A stretch of DNA of 64,000 nt. Source: Marispirochaeta sp. GTDB taxonomy: Bacteria; Spirochaetota; Spirochaetia; JC444; Marispirochaetaceae. Below the pieces are notes generated by a model. The model ran no database searches, was not told the origin of the DNA, and saw only the letters and a program-made list of their open reading frames with translations. How positions within the stretch are numbered: the stretch's first letter is position 1; every line of letters starts with the position of its first letter. A program made the position numbers and the translations under genes. Positions 18,348 to 27,459 of this stretch are shown piece after piece. The stretch is taken from contig CAXXFF010000002.1 in NCBI GenBank assembly GCA_963676835.2, positions 1,875,465 through 1,939,464 of the forward strand, written 5' to 3'.

Positions 18348-20518
18348 TTCCAAGCTCGTTTGGCCATGGCAAACAGCTGCTCCTCTATCTCGGAATCCTG
18401 AAGGATTGCCGCCTCTTCCAGCTTTCTTGATACTGAATTAGGCACATTGAGAGATGAGAGGCAGCCGGGAGGTGCGTCCAGATAGTCGAAACAGCGGGTG
18501 CTGACCTCATGTGCAATTCGGGCACCGATGGTCTGAGCACCTGCAGCCTCCTCCACGATGGCCAGTACTCCTGTCTTCTGAACTGATGCACTGATTGTAT
18601 CATAGTCAATAGACGGTAAATCAAGAGTTCTCAGGTCAATTATTTCCGCAGAAACCCCTCTTTCTGCAAGTTTAGCTGCCACACCGCGCACTCTTTCACT
18701 CATTACACCGTAAACGAGCACGGTTATTTCATCCCCGGGAACAAGCACGTTTGCCTTTCCGAAGGGAATACAGTAGTCAAGATCATCGGCGGGAACGTCA
18801 AAACGTTTGCCGTAGAGGCTGTGGTGCTCAAGGAAAACCACGGGATCCTTGGATTTCATGGCAGTATTAAAGAGACCGATATAGTCCATGGCATTACCGG
18901 GTGCAACCATTCTCCAACCGGAGAACATTGCGAAAAGGGCTACAGGATCCATGGAATGCTGTCCCCCGTAACCGACACCGATGGCGATTCTGGTTCTGGC
19001 GATGATCGGCAGGTCGGTGGAACCGCCGTACATATGCCGGGCTTTGGCAATCTGGTTGAAAAGCTGGTCTCCCGCTACAAGGGCAAAGTCGGGAAACATA
19101 ATTTCGCTTATGGTTTTGAGGCCGTTCATGGCGGCACCGCCGGCAATTCCGACAAATCCTGCTTCAGAAATAGGGGTATTTACAATCTGCTCGGGAAATT
19201 TCTCCGGCAGACCTTTTGTTGCACCGTATGCACCACCGCCGAAGTTGGCAATCTCTTCACCAAACTCGTAAACAGTTTTGTCCTTTTCCATCCAGCGCCC
19301 TGTAACCGCGGCAATTGCATCGGAGTAACGCATTTTTGCAGTAGCTCCGCTGTAGGGTTCCTGAATATAGGGAAGGCCTTCCAGCTCTTTTCCGTCGGAG
19401 CGCATCCCTTCACCGGCAGTTTCCGCTGCAGGCCAGAGGGATTCCCGGATAATAGTTTTATCTTCTCCTTCTACACAGAAGTCCACTGCCTTGGAAACAG
19501 CTTCTTTTGCAAGAGCAATAATCTCATCAATGGCAGCCTGGGATAACAGTTCCTGTTCAAGCAGCTGTGAAGGGAAGTTCTTTACAGGGTCTATTGCCAG
19601 CCGACGGGCCTCTTCTTCCTTGTCTCTATAGCCATAGGAACTGCCGGGAATGTCGCCTGCGTGGTGGTAATGGCGCCAGCACTTTGCTTCAACGATCGCA
19701 GGCTTGCCGCCGCCGCGGATGTCGGAGGAGACCTTTTTCATCAGGTTGTAGATTCCGGCTGTATCTGCACCGTCTACAACATATCCGTCCATATTATAGG
19801 ACGAGGCTCTGATTGAAATATCATTTACAGCACATACATCTTCGTTTCTTGTGCCGACGGCAAACTCATTGTTCTCAACAAAGAAAATAATCGGAAGCTT
19901 CCAGGCTCCTACCATGTTAAGGGCTTCGTGGAAGGCCCCCTGGTTGGCCGCACCGTCACCGAAGTAGCAGACAACAATATTATCTGTTCCGAGCTTCTGT
20001 TCAGCATAGGCTGCTCCGGCTGCAAGCGGAATACCACCGCCTACGATTGCATTGGATCCGTAGAAACCGGCCTCTTTCCAGCGCAGGTGCATTGAGCCTC
20101 CCCGGCCGCCGCAGTAACCGGGAGCAAGTCCTAATATCTCCGCGAAGGAGCGGTTTACTACTTCCTGTGCATTTACCGGGAATTCGTTTTTGGTAGGATT
20201 CCATTTTCCATCCAGCACATAATTAAGGGATTTGCTGAGGAACTGGTGGTGGGCACGATGGCTGCCGAATACCTTATCTCCTGCAGTGAGGGGGCCGATA
20301 CTGGCTGCAGCTACAGCCTCCTGGCCTACACTGGAATGTACGGGTCCCCAAACAGCATCAGCATTCTTGAGCCTGAGAAGTTCCATTTCAAAAAAATGTA
20401 TCAGGTTCATTTCAAAGAGCAGTCTTGCGGAAGTGCCTGCTCCAAGTTTTTTGAGGTCATTTCCATCTGAAGACCATTTCTGCCAATTGAAATCAGGGGA
20501 CAGTTTGTTCTTTTTCAT
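18344..20518 (-). CDS. Fused alpha/beta E1 of a 2-oxoacid/acetoin dehydrogenase-type TPP enzyme
   Basis: HSSVGQEA, GRGGSMH, GDGAANQG...NN TPP motif, TPISE, GQHS, DLRTL. Confidence 0.9.
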   Translation of the reverse strand: MKKNKLSPDFNWQKWSSDGNDLKKLGAGTSARLLFEMNLIHFFEMELLRLKNADAVWGPVHSSVGQEAVAAASIGPLTAGDKVFGSHRAHHQFLSKSLNYVLDGKWNPTKNEFPVNAQEVVNRSFAEILGLAPGYCGGRGGSMHLRWKEAGFYGSNAIVGGGIPLAAGAAYAEQKLGTDNIVVCYFGDGAANQGAFHEALNMVGAWKLPIIFFVENNEFAVGTRNEDVCAVNDISIRASSYNMDGYVVDGADTAGIYNLMKKVSSDIRGGGKPAIVEAKCWRHYHHAGDIPGSSYGYRDKEEEARRLAIDPVKNFPSQLLEQELLSQAAIDEIIALAKEAVSKAVDFCVEGEDKTIIRESLWPAAETAGEGMRSDGKELEGLPYIQEPYSGATAKMRYSDAIAAVTGRWMEKDKTVYEFGEEIANFGGGAYGATKGLPEKFPEQIVNTPISEAGFVGIAGGAAMNGLKTISEIMFPDFALVAGDQLFNQIAKARHMYGGSTDLPIIARTRIAIGVGYGGQHSMDPVALFAMFSGWRMVAPGNAMDYIGLFNTAMKSKDPVVFLEHHSLYGKRFDVPADDLDYCIPFGKANVLVPGDEITVLVYGVMSERVRGVAAKLAERGVSAEIIDLRTLDLPSIDYDTISASVQKTGVLAIVEEAAGAQTIGARIAHEVSTRCFDYLDAPPGCLSSLNVPNSVSRKLEEAAILQDSEIEEQLFAMAKRAWK

Positions 20519-20743
20519 TCGTTCTGCTTCTCTCTTTTTTCTGGGCGTTGTATGTGAAAACCACCTTTAATGGTGATTGAACTACCATGCGTCATAGTAG
20601 CTTTATCGGGTATATTGTACGTTAAAACTTGTGTACTTGCAACAAAATGATGTATAATAGGCGTAAATTGTATACTCATTTGGGGTATTTTGTTTTAAAA
20701 CAGGGGTTGAGGATGTCACAAACCCTTAAAAAAGGAGATTGTT

Positions 20744-21475
20744 ATGATGGAGCTTGAAAACAGAGTTGCACTTATCACCGGTGGAGCGAGAGGTATTGGT
20801 GCTGCTATTGCAGAACTGTTTGTGGAACGGGGAGCCGCCGTTGTTCTTGCGGACGTAAACAAGGCAACGGTTGAAGAAACCGCTGCAAAACTTCGGGAAG
20901 GCGGGGCAAAGGCTCTTGGTCTTCAGGTGGATATTACCGACCGCAGCTCGGTTAAGGTAATGGTGGATGCTGCCATAAAAGAGTATGGAAAAATCGATAT
21001 TCTTATTAATAATGCCGGTATTGCTAACTTTAAAAATGCAATGGAAGGTACCGATGATGAGTGGGACAAGGTTATTCTTGTGAACATGACAGGTACTCAG
21101 AATGTGTGTAAGGCTGTCATTCCTCACATGGAAAAGGCCGGCTACGGCAAGGTTGTTTCCATCTCATCCATGGCTGCCAGGGTAGGTGGGTTAAAGGTTG
21201 CAACGGACTACACTTCTTCCAAGGCAGGAGTAATCGGAATAGCAAAATCCTGGGCCCGTTATGGTGCTTCAAGGGGCATACTTTCCAACGCCATTGCTCC
21301 GGGACCAACCGCTTCAGATATGGCAGCTGATAACTTTGATGTTTCTACCATGCCTCTGGGAAGAATCGGTCAGCCGAAAGATATTGCCTATGCGGCCCTG
21401 TTTCTTTCTTCCTATATGTCTGACTACATTACCGGAATTACCCTGGATGTAAACGGCGGCCAGTATCTTCCCTGA
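20744..21475 (+). CDS. SDR oxidoreductase (FabG-like)
   Basis: TGGARGIG, NNAG, YTSSK. Confidence 0.9.
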   Translation: MMELENRVALITGGARGIGAAIAELFVERGAAVVLADVNKATVEETAAKLREGGAKALGLQVDITDRSSVKVMVDAAIKEYGKIDILINNAGIANFKNAMEGTDDEWDKVILVNMTGTQNVCKAVIPHMEKAGYGKVVSISSMAARVGGLKVATDYTSSKAGVIGIAKSWARYGASRGILSNAIAPGPTASDMAADNFDVSTMPLGRIGQPKDIAYAALFLSSYMSDYITGITLDVNGGQYLP

Positions 21476-21561
21476 TAATATGCCACACCATGACTGTCGT
21501 TTTATGATAGAATTGGGAGCTGTTTTTATACCTTTCTGATGAAAGAAGGAGTGAATTGGAT

Positions 21562-22881
21562 ATGAGAGTAAATATGCGGGAGAGCAAGTTTGACCGCAAC
21601 GGTGTTGTGGAGAGGATGGTGGGAAGCACCCCGCTGCCCAAAATGATAAAGGTTCGGCAGAAGCTGAACGACGAGAAACTGAACGATATCCCCGGTGAGA
21701 TCAAAAAGCAGATCAACCTGGATAAAATCAAGGCAACAGTAAAACCGGGAATGTCCATCGGAATAACCGTAGGAAGCCGGGGTATTGCCAATCTTGCCTT
21801 ACTGGTAAAAGAAACTGTAGCAGCACTGAAAGCGCTTGGTGCAGAACCTTTTGTCTTTCCTGCCATGGGAAGTCACGGAGGTGGAAATGCTCAGGGGCAG
21901 AAAGAGATGATTGAAGGCTTCGGTGTTACCGAAGAGTACATCGGATGTCCCATCAAAGCCACCATGGAAGTTGTTCAGATTGCTACCCTTGATGACGGCC
22001 GCCCTGTTTACCTCGACAAATATGCATCCGAGGCCGATGGCTATATTCTTCTCGGCCGGGTAAAGGCTCATACCGCCTTCCGGGGCGAGTATGAGAGCGG
22101 AATGCTCAAGATGCTTGCTATCGGGGCGGCGAAGCACGAGGGTGCACTTGCCTGTCACAGTCAGGGATTCCGCAAGATGGCGGAAAATGTTCCAGCCTAT
22201 GGAATGGCTATGCTGAACAACTCCAACATGCTGTTCGGTCTGGCTATTATTGAAAATGCCCATGATGAAACAAACCGGATTATTGCTCTTACCAAAGAAG
22301 AGATACCGGTAGAAGAGCCTAAACTGCTTATTGAAGCAAAAGAGAAGATGGCTCAGATCTATTTTGATGATATTGATGTCATGGTTGTAGATGAAGTAGG
22401 TAAAAACCACTCCGGCGACGGAATGGACCCCAATATAACCGGAAGCTACCAGACTCCCCAGGCTCAGGGACCTCCCAACGTATACCAGTATGTAGTTCTT
22501 GGCCTGTCCGAAGAGACCCACGGAAATGCCATGGGAGTCGGTATGGCTCATTTTACCACCAAACAGGTATTTGACGAGGCCGATTACGATACCATGTATC
22601 CCAACGCCCTTACTGCCCGGGTTGTTCTTGCGGTACGGATGCCCATGGTTCTGAATACCGATAAGCTTGCAATTCAGGCTGCTACTTATGTGGTAAACGG
22701 TAATGGATACCTTGAGCCGAGAATTGTCCGGATTAAGAGCTCCAGTCATGTTGGTGAAATCTGGATTTCCGAATACATGCTGGAAGAGGCAAAGAAAAAT
22801 CCCAATATCGAGATAATCGGCGAAGCTGAAGATTTTGATTTCGATTCAAAAGGTGAGCTGAAAGAGAAGGGCGGACACTGA
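21562..22881 (+). CDS. Lactate racemase (LarA)-superfamily protein, probable hydroxy-acid racemase/epimerase
   Basis: ITVGSRGIANL, PAMGSHGG, RVKAHT, GKNHSGDGMDPN motifs; start could also be TTG 21556. Confidence 0.75.
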   Translation: MRVNMRESKFDRNGVVERMVGSTPLPKMIKVRQKLNDEKLNDIPGEIKKQINLDKIKATVKPGMSIGITVGSRGIANLALLVKETVAALKALGAEPFVFPAMGSHGGGNAQGQKEMIEGFGVTEEYIGCPIKATMEVVQIATLDDGRPVYLDKYASEADGYILLGRVKAHTAFRGEYESGMLKMLAIGAAKHEGALACHSQGFRKMAENVPAYGMAMLNNSNMLFGLAIIENAHDETNRIIALTKEEIPVEEPKLLIEAKEKMAQIYFDDIDVMVVDEVGKNHSGDGMDPNITGSYQTPQAQGPPNVYQYVVLGLSEETHGNAMGVGMAHFTTKQVFDEADYDTMYPNALTARVVLAVRMPMVLNTDKLAIQAATYVVNGNGYLEPRIVRIKSSSHVGEIWISEYMLEEAKKNPNIEIIGEAEDFDFDSKGELKEKGGH

Positions 22882-22907
22882 GTTCTGCTCTGATTTTTGC
22901 TGATACT

Positions 22908-22936
22908 GAAACCCCGGCTAAACGCCGGGGTTTTTT
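22908..22936 (+). terminator. Intrinsic terminator
   Basis: aaaccccggc-taaac-gccggggtttttt. Confidence 0.75.
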
Positions 22937-22945
22937 ATACCCTGC

Positions 22946-23148
22946 GTACCACAGGCCCGAAGGGCCGAGGAACGCAGGGCGGAGAAGCGTGGCTTTGCGG
23001 AGCAAAACGCGCGGTCCGGGGGTGTACCACAGGCCCGAAGGGCCGAGGAACGCAGGGCGGATAAGCGTGGCTTTGCGGAGCAAAACGCGCGGTCCGGGGG
23101 TGTACCACAGGCCCGATGGGCCAAGGAACGCAGGGTGGATGAGCGTGG
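22946..23148. repeat. 78-bp tandem repeat, ~2.6 copies, REP-like
   Basis: gtaccacaggcccga...ggtccgggggt units start at 22946, 23024 and 23102. Confidence 0.9.
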
Positions 23149-23339
23149 TTTTTAGTATATGAATACTATGAAATTAAGAATTGGATATCGGTTAACTTAG
23201 TCTTTTAGGTATTAATAAGCATACATGAATGGACGTGATGCTGGTCGAGAATCAGGTGGAAGAAGCGGACCGCACGTTTGCCTTCGGCAAGCCGCTCTCG
23301 TCCGCCCCGCGTCCCTCCTTTCAGTCCGGTACGCGGGGG

Positions 23340-23373
23340 AAAAAAAACCCGTGAAGCTTTCGCCTCACGGGTC
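23340..23373 (-). terminator. Intrinsic terminator after dctM
   Basis: A-run followed by cccgtga...tcacggg stem. Confidence 0.65.
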
Positions 23374-23395
23374 TTGAGATCATCAGAAGTATTCC

Positions 23396-24691
23396 TTAAT
23401 CGATAAAACCGGCCAGCCTTGGCAGGAAGAGAACGATTTCGGGGATGTAGGTAATTGCAAATACCGCAGCCATTTCCGCTGCAACAAAGGGCATTACCTT
23501 GGGAACCATTTTCTCTACTGAACACTTGGCAATGGGGACCGCTGTGAACAGACATACACCTACCGGAGGAGTGGTAAGACCGATGTTGAGGTTTACCAGC
23601 ATGATAAGTGCAAAGTGAAGAGGATGGATTCCATATTCCATTGCCAGGGGCAGCAGAATGGGGGTAAGCATGATAACCGATGCAGAGATTTCCATTACCA
23701 TTCCCATAAAGAAGAAGAGAATGTTAACCGCAAACAGGAAGAGATACTTGTTTGAGATCAGGGAAGTAATGAAGTTTGCAACGTGCTCGGGGATATGCTC
23801 AATGGTAAGAACCATACTGAAAAGCTGGGAACAGGATACAATCAGAAGGATTGTCGCACCAACTTTTCCCGCATCGATCAAACTGTCGATCATAAGCTTC
23901 ATACTAAGGGTTTTATAGTAGAAAACACCAACCAGGAAGGCATAGAGACAGGCGATTGCTGCAGCTTCTGTGGGAGTAAAAATACCGGACAGAATACCAC
24001 CGATAATAATTACAGGAACCAGCAAGGCTACGATTGAACGGCGAACTATTCCCGCAGCTTCCTTGAAGGGTATGCGCTCAGTTCTTTTGGGGTGATTGTA
24101 CTTGATGGCATATACATACGCCAGAATCATAAGCGAGAGAGCAACTGCAAGACCGGGAAGGAAGCCACCCACAAAGAGTGCTCCAACTGATTCACCGGTT
24201 ACTGAGCTGTAGATAACCATGATAATACTCGGCGGGATAATCGGTCCGATTACTGAAGACGCCGTGGTTACCGCCGCTGCATATTCGGCTGAATATCCTT
24301 CCTCTTTCATTGCAGGAATCAGGATGGAACCGATAGCTGCGGTATCCGCAACGGCCGCACCGGTAAGACCTGCAAATGCGATACTTACAACGATATTAAC
24401 CTGTGCAAGGGCTCCCCGAACACGGCCGACCAGCAGCTGTGCAAAGTTAACCAGGTCACGGGTAATACCGGTATGGTTCATAATGTTACCGGCAAGCACA
24501 AAGAAGGGCAGAGCCAGAAGAACATAGTTGTCTATACCACCGAAGAGCTTGGAAGCGATTGCAACCAGAGGCAGTCCCTGAAAAAAGATCAGGTAAAGAA
24601 GTGGTACCAGTCCAAGTACAAAGGCGATAGGTACGCCGATGACAAGGAGAAAAACGAATAATACTACCATTATCTGTACTGAAATATGCAT
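23396..24691 (-). CDS. dctM: TRAP transporter large permease
   Basis: LLALPFFVLAG, G.A.AD, IIPPS, FTPTEAA, TPPVG. Confidence 0.95.
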   Translation of the reverse strand: MHISVQIMVVLFVFLLVIGVPIAFVLGLVPLLYLIFFQGLPLVAIASKLFGGIDNYVLLALPFFVLAGNIMNHTGITRDLVNFAQLLVGRVRGALAQVNIVVSIAFAGLTGAAVADTAAIGSILIPAMKEEGYSAEYAAAVTTASSVIGPIIPPSIIMVIYSSVTGESVGALFVGGFLPGLAVALSLMILAYVYAIKYNHPKRTERIPFKEAAGIVRRSIVALLVPVIIIGGILSGIFTPTEAAAIACLYAFLVGVFYYKTLSMKLMIDSLIDAGKVGATILLIVSCSQLFSMVLTIEHIPEHVANFITSLISNKYLFLFAVNILFFFMGMVMEISASVIMLTPILLPLAMEYGIHPLHFALIMLVNLNIGLTTPPVGVCLFTAVPIAKCSVEKMVPKVMPFVAAEMAAVFAITYIPEIVLFLPRLAGFID

Positions 24692-24705
24692 AGTATACCT
24701 CTATC

Positions 24706-25221
24706 CTAAAAATCGTGTCCGCCGGAAAGAAGATACTCTTTGTCATCTCCCTTCTCGGTAAGCAGGCCGGTGGTAAAGTACATCATGTGAATCAGCATGA
24801 ACAAAGACCCGATGGGTATGTTCAGCTTAACCCAGGTCATCGGGATGCGGATGATCGCACCAAGCTGACGGCGGGCAACATATGCGGCTTTAAAACCGTA
24901 GATAATGACAACCACGAGGAACAGGATAATAGTGATATATCCTATTACAAGGGAGAGTTTTCTGAGTGCAGGTTTCATGCGGGTAATAAAAAATTCGATA
25001 CCGATATGAGCACGCTCTTTCATTGCAACCGAAGCTCCAATGTATCCCATGCCGATCAGCATCCAGCGCATAAGTTCCTCATTCCACGAAAGGGACTGCA
25101 AAAAGACCCTGAAAAAGACGCCGAGAATCGCGAGGAAGGTTACCCCGAGAACGTACGCCAGCAGGATCCACTTGGCGGCTATATTGGTATAGTCGCTGGC
25201 TTTCTTCAAATACTGAATCAT
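24706..25221 (-). CDS. dctQ: TRAP transporter small permease
   Basis: Four TM segments, W.EEL.R, HIG.E. Confidence 0.9.
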   Translation of the reverse strand: MIQYLKKASDYTNIAAKWILLAYVLGVTFLAILGVFFRVFLQSLSWNEELMRWMLIGMGYIGASVAMKERAHIGIEFFITRMKPALRKLSLVIGYITIILFLVVVIIYGFKAAYVARRQLGAIIRIPMTWVKLNIPIGSLFMLIHMMYFTTGLLTEKGDDKEYLLSGGHDF

Positions 25222-25344
25222 TCTGTTTTCTCTCAATAAGTAAGTGTGGGAGACTCTTTATACAAGAGTAAGGGCAGTCCGGTCCTTTTGGGGACCGGAC
25301 TGCCATATATCCTTCTACAGGATGTATTTAACTAAGAGGTGAGA

Positions 25345-26499
25345 TTAGCGTCTCCAGCCTGCAGAGGCTTCAGCGCGCTTAACATCTTCTACGAAAGCAT
25401 CAACAAGTTCCGCTCCGAGTTCGCCCTTCAGGTAATCGATAACTGCGGGCTGTGCAACTTCCTGGAACTTTGCCTTTTCTCCAGCTGTGGGGAAGTAAAC
25501 TTCCATCTGAGCTGCAACTTCTTCGAACTTAACAATGTTGGAAACCATTTTCTCAGCAGTGTTGTTAGCTTCTACAGAAAGACGGGCACCAGCAAGGAGA
25601 ACCTGCTGTACACCGATGGGAAGGCTGTTGAATTTGTCAGCGTTCATTACCATAACGTTTTCAGACCATACGTGGCCGTCCATTGTCAGGTATTTCTGAA
25701 CTTCCTGGATTTTTCCGAGGAAGATGGAAGAAACGGGGTTCTCTTCACCGTCTACAACACCAGTCTGGAGAGCAGTGTAGAGCTCGTTCCATGCGATGGG
25801 TACTGCAGATGCGCCGAGAGACTCAACCATTTTTACGTATACGGGGCTCTGCATAACGCGGAACTTGATTCCCTTCATGTCTGCGGGAGTCTTGATGGGG
25901 CGTACGTTGTTGGTGAAGTTTCTCCAACCATTCTGACCCATTCCGAGGTATTTCAGGCCGGTTTCTTTTTCCATGTTGTCCATGAGGTCTGCCCATACTT
26001 TGCTTTCCCGGAAGAAAGTAGTAGTGATGTCGTCATTGGCGAACAGGTAAGGAATGGTGAAAATCTGGAAGGGAGCATAGAAAGTTCCCAGTGAACCGGT
26101 TCCGATGTTGATGTCCAGTGAACCGTTCTGTACCATTTCACAAGTTTCGCGGTAGCTACCGAGAGATCCGGCACCGAAAAGCTCAAGCTGAACCATTCCG
26201 CCAGTCTGAGATTCTACGAAGTCCTTGAACATAACTGCCATGGCATGCTCGGGATCGGGTACGTTAGCTGATTTGGGCCAAAGTACGGGGTCGTCATAAG
26301 ACATGCGCAGAGTAATGGGTTTTGAAGGCATTGTCATGTCAATGAATGCTGGGATTGCGCCTTCAGAGGAGGACATTGCGGGGGCTGCTGCTGCAGGTGC
26401 TGCTGCTGCGGGTGCTTCCTTAGCGCAGGAAAAAGCCAGCAGTGACAGTGTTACCAAGAGAGCAATGGTGAGCTTTCCTAACCATTTTCCTTTTGTCAT
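25345..26499 (-). CDS. dctP: TRAP substrate-binding lipoprotein with Ala/Pro linker
   Basis: Lipobox LAFSC, KFRV, ELYTALQTGVVDGEEN. Confidence 0.93.
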   Translation of the reverse strand: MTKGKWLGKLTIALLVTLSLLAFSCAKEAPAAAAPAAAAPAMSSSEGAIPAFIDMTMPSKPITLRMSYDDPVLWPKSANVPDPEHAMAVMFKDFVESQTGGMVQLELFGAGSLGSYRETCEMVQNGSLDINIGTGSLGTFYAPFQIFTIPYLFANDDITTTFFRESKVWADLMDNMEKETGLKYLGMGQNGWRNFTNNVRPIKTPADMKGIKFRVMQSPVYVKMVESLGASAVPIAWNELYTALQTGVVDGEENPVSSIFLGKIQEVQKYLTMDGHVWSENVMVMNADKFNSLPIGVQQVLLAGARLSVEANNTAEKMVSNIVKFEEVAAQMEVYFPTAGEKAKFQEVAQPAVIDYLKGELGAELVDAFVEDVKRAEASAGWRR

Positions 26500-26781
26500 A
26501 CATACACTCCTTTTCTGTGTATTTAAGTAGAATATCCTGTGGAAATCACAGGCCGTGTAACCGTTATACTACGACTTTTTGCTGGAGTCAATTTTTTTTT
26601 GTATGACATCTTATAACAAAAGCCTATTTTTTATATTTTTTGTAAATACAGGGAAAAAGCAGGGAATATTGTATACAGTTTTCGTCTGCCGTCCCCGTTT
26701 TTCCTCAGAATGTCGTGTACTGTATTTTTTGCTATGCAAATTCGCAAAAGCAAGTGTAAGATAGTGCCCTAGGATTATTAA

Positions 26782-27459
26782 ATGAAAGATAGCGAACAAC
26801 GCCAGACAAAGCATGAAATCTATACCACCCTCTTTGACCGGATAGTGCACAATAAATATCCCGAGGAAACCTGGCTCAGGGAGGATATTCTTGCTGCAGA
26901 GTTTAATGTCTCACGTTCTCCGGTACGGAGTGTGCTGCGGGATCTCGAACAGGATCATCTCATAGAGATTCTTCCCAAACGAGGAGCCAGGGTATTTCCT
27001 TTTACCGCTGATGACCTTGAGGATATTTATGAGCTGAGGAGAGATCTTGAACTCCTTGCCATGAAACGCTCCGCCCACTCTCTCAGTATCCAGAGGCTCC
27101 TCGAGCTGAAAGCCGATATTCTCGGGATGAAAGGAATAGTGCATCCTGTTGAGCATGCCAGAGCGGACAGCGCTCTCCATTCCTATATTATCGAATCCTC
27201 CGGCCGCCGGCGCCTTATTCTTATGCTTAAGCAGCTGTACCGGCTTACCCAGACTTTCCGGGAGCTCAGCCTTATAAATGAAACCTCACGTAATGCAACT
27301 ATCGACGAACATATAAATCTGATAGATGCATTGTGTATCAGGGATCTGGATAAAGCGGCAGAACTGTTAACAAGGCATATTGAAAACAGTAAAATTCGGG
27401 TGCTGACTCTGGTTATTCAGGGGAAAATGAAGGAGTCAGGCTCTAAGGTCACCGGCTAA
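26782..27459 (+). CDS. GntR-family (FCD) regulator, close paralogue of 17697-18347
   Basis: SRSPVR; shared FPFTADDLEDIYE segment. Confidence 0.9.
   Translation: MKDSEQRQTKHEIYTTLFDRIVHNKYPEETWLREDILAAEFNVSRSPVRSVLRDLEQDHLIEILPKRGARVFPFTADDLEDIYELRRDLELLAMKRSAHSLSIQRLLELKADILGMKGIVHPVEHARADSALHSYIIESSGRRRLILMLKQLYRLTQTFRELSLINETSRNATIDEHINLIDALCIRDLDKAAELLTRHIENSKIRVLTLVIQGKMKESGSKVTG

Noticed and set aside
21799..22749. Long antisense ORFs, including this 316-aa one and 42381-43460, 25339-26094, 18821-19546
   Set aside because: Shadow frames opposite well-supported genes, without motifs
22733..23124. ORFs with internal peptide repeats
   Set aside because: Artefacts of translating the 78-bp (multiple of 3) tandem repeat
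22946..23148. Possible CRISPR array
   Set aside because: Units are near-identical over their whole 78 bp with no unique spacers, and there are no cas genes in the window
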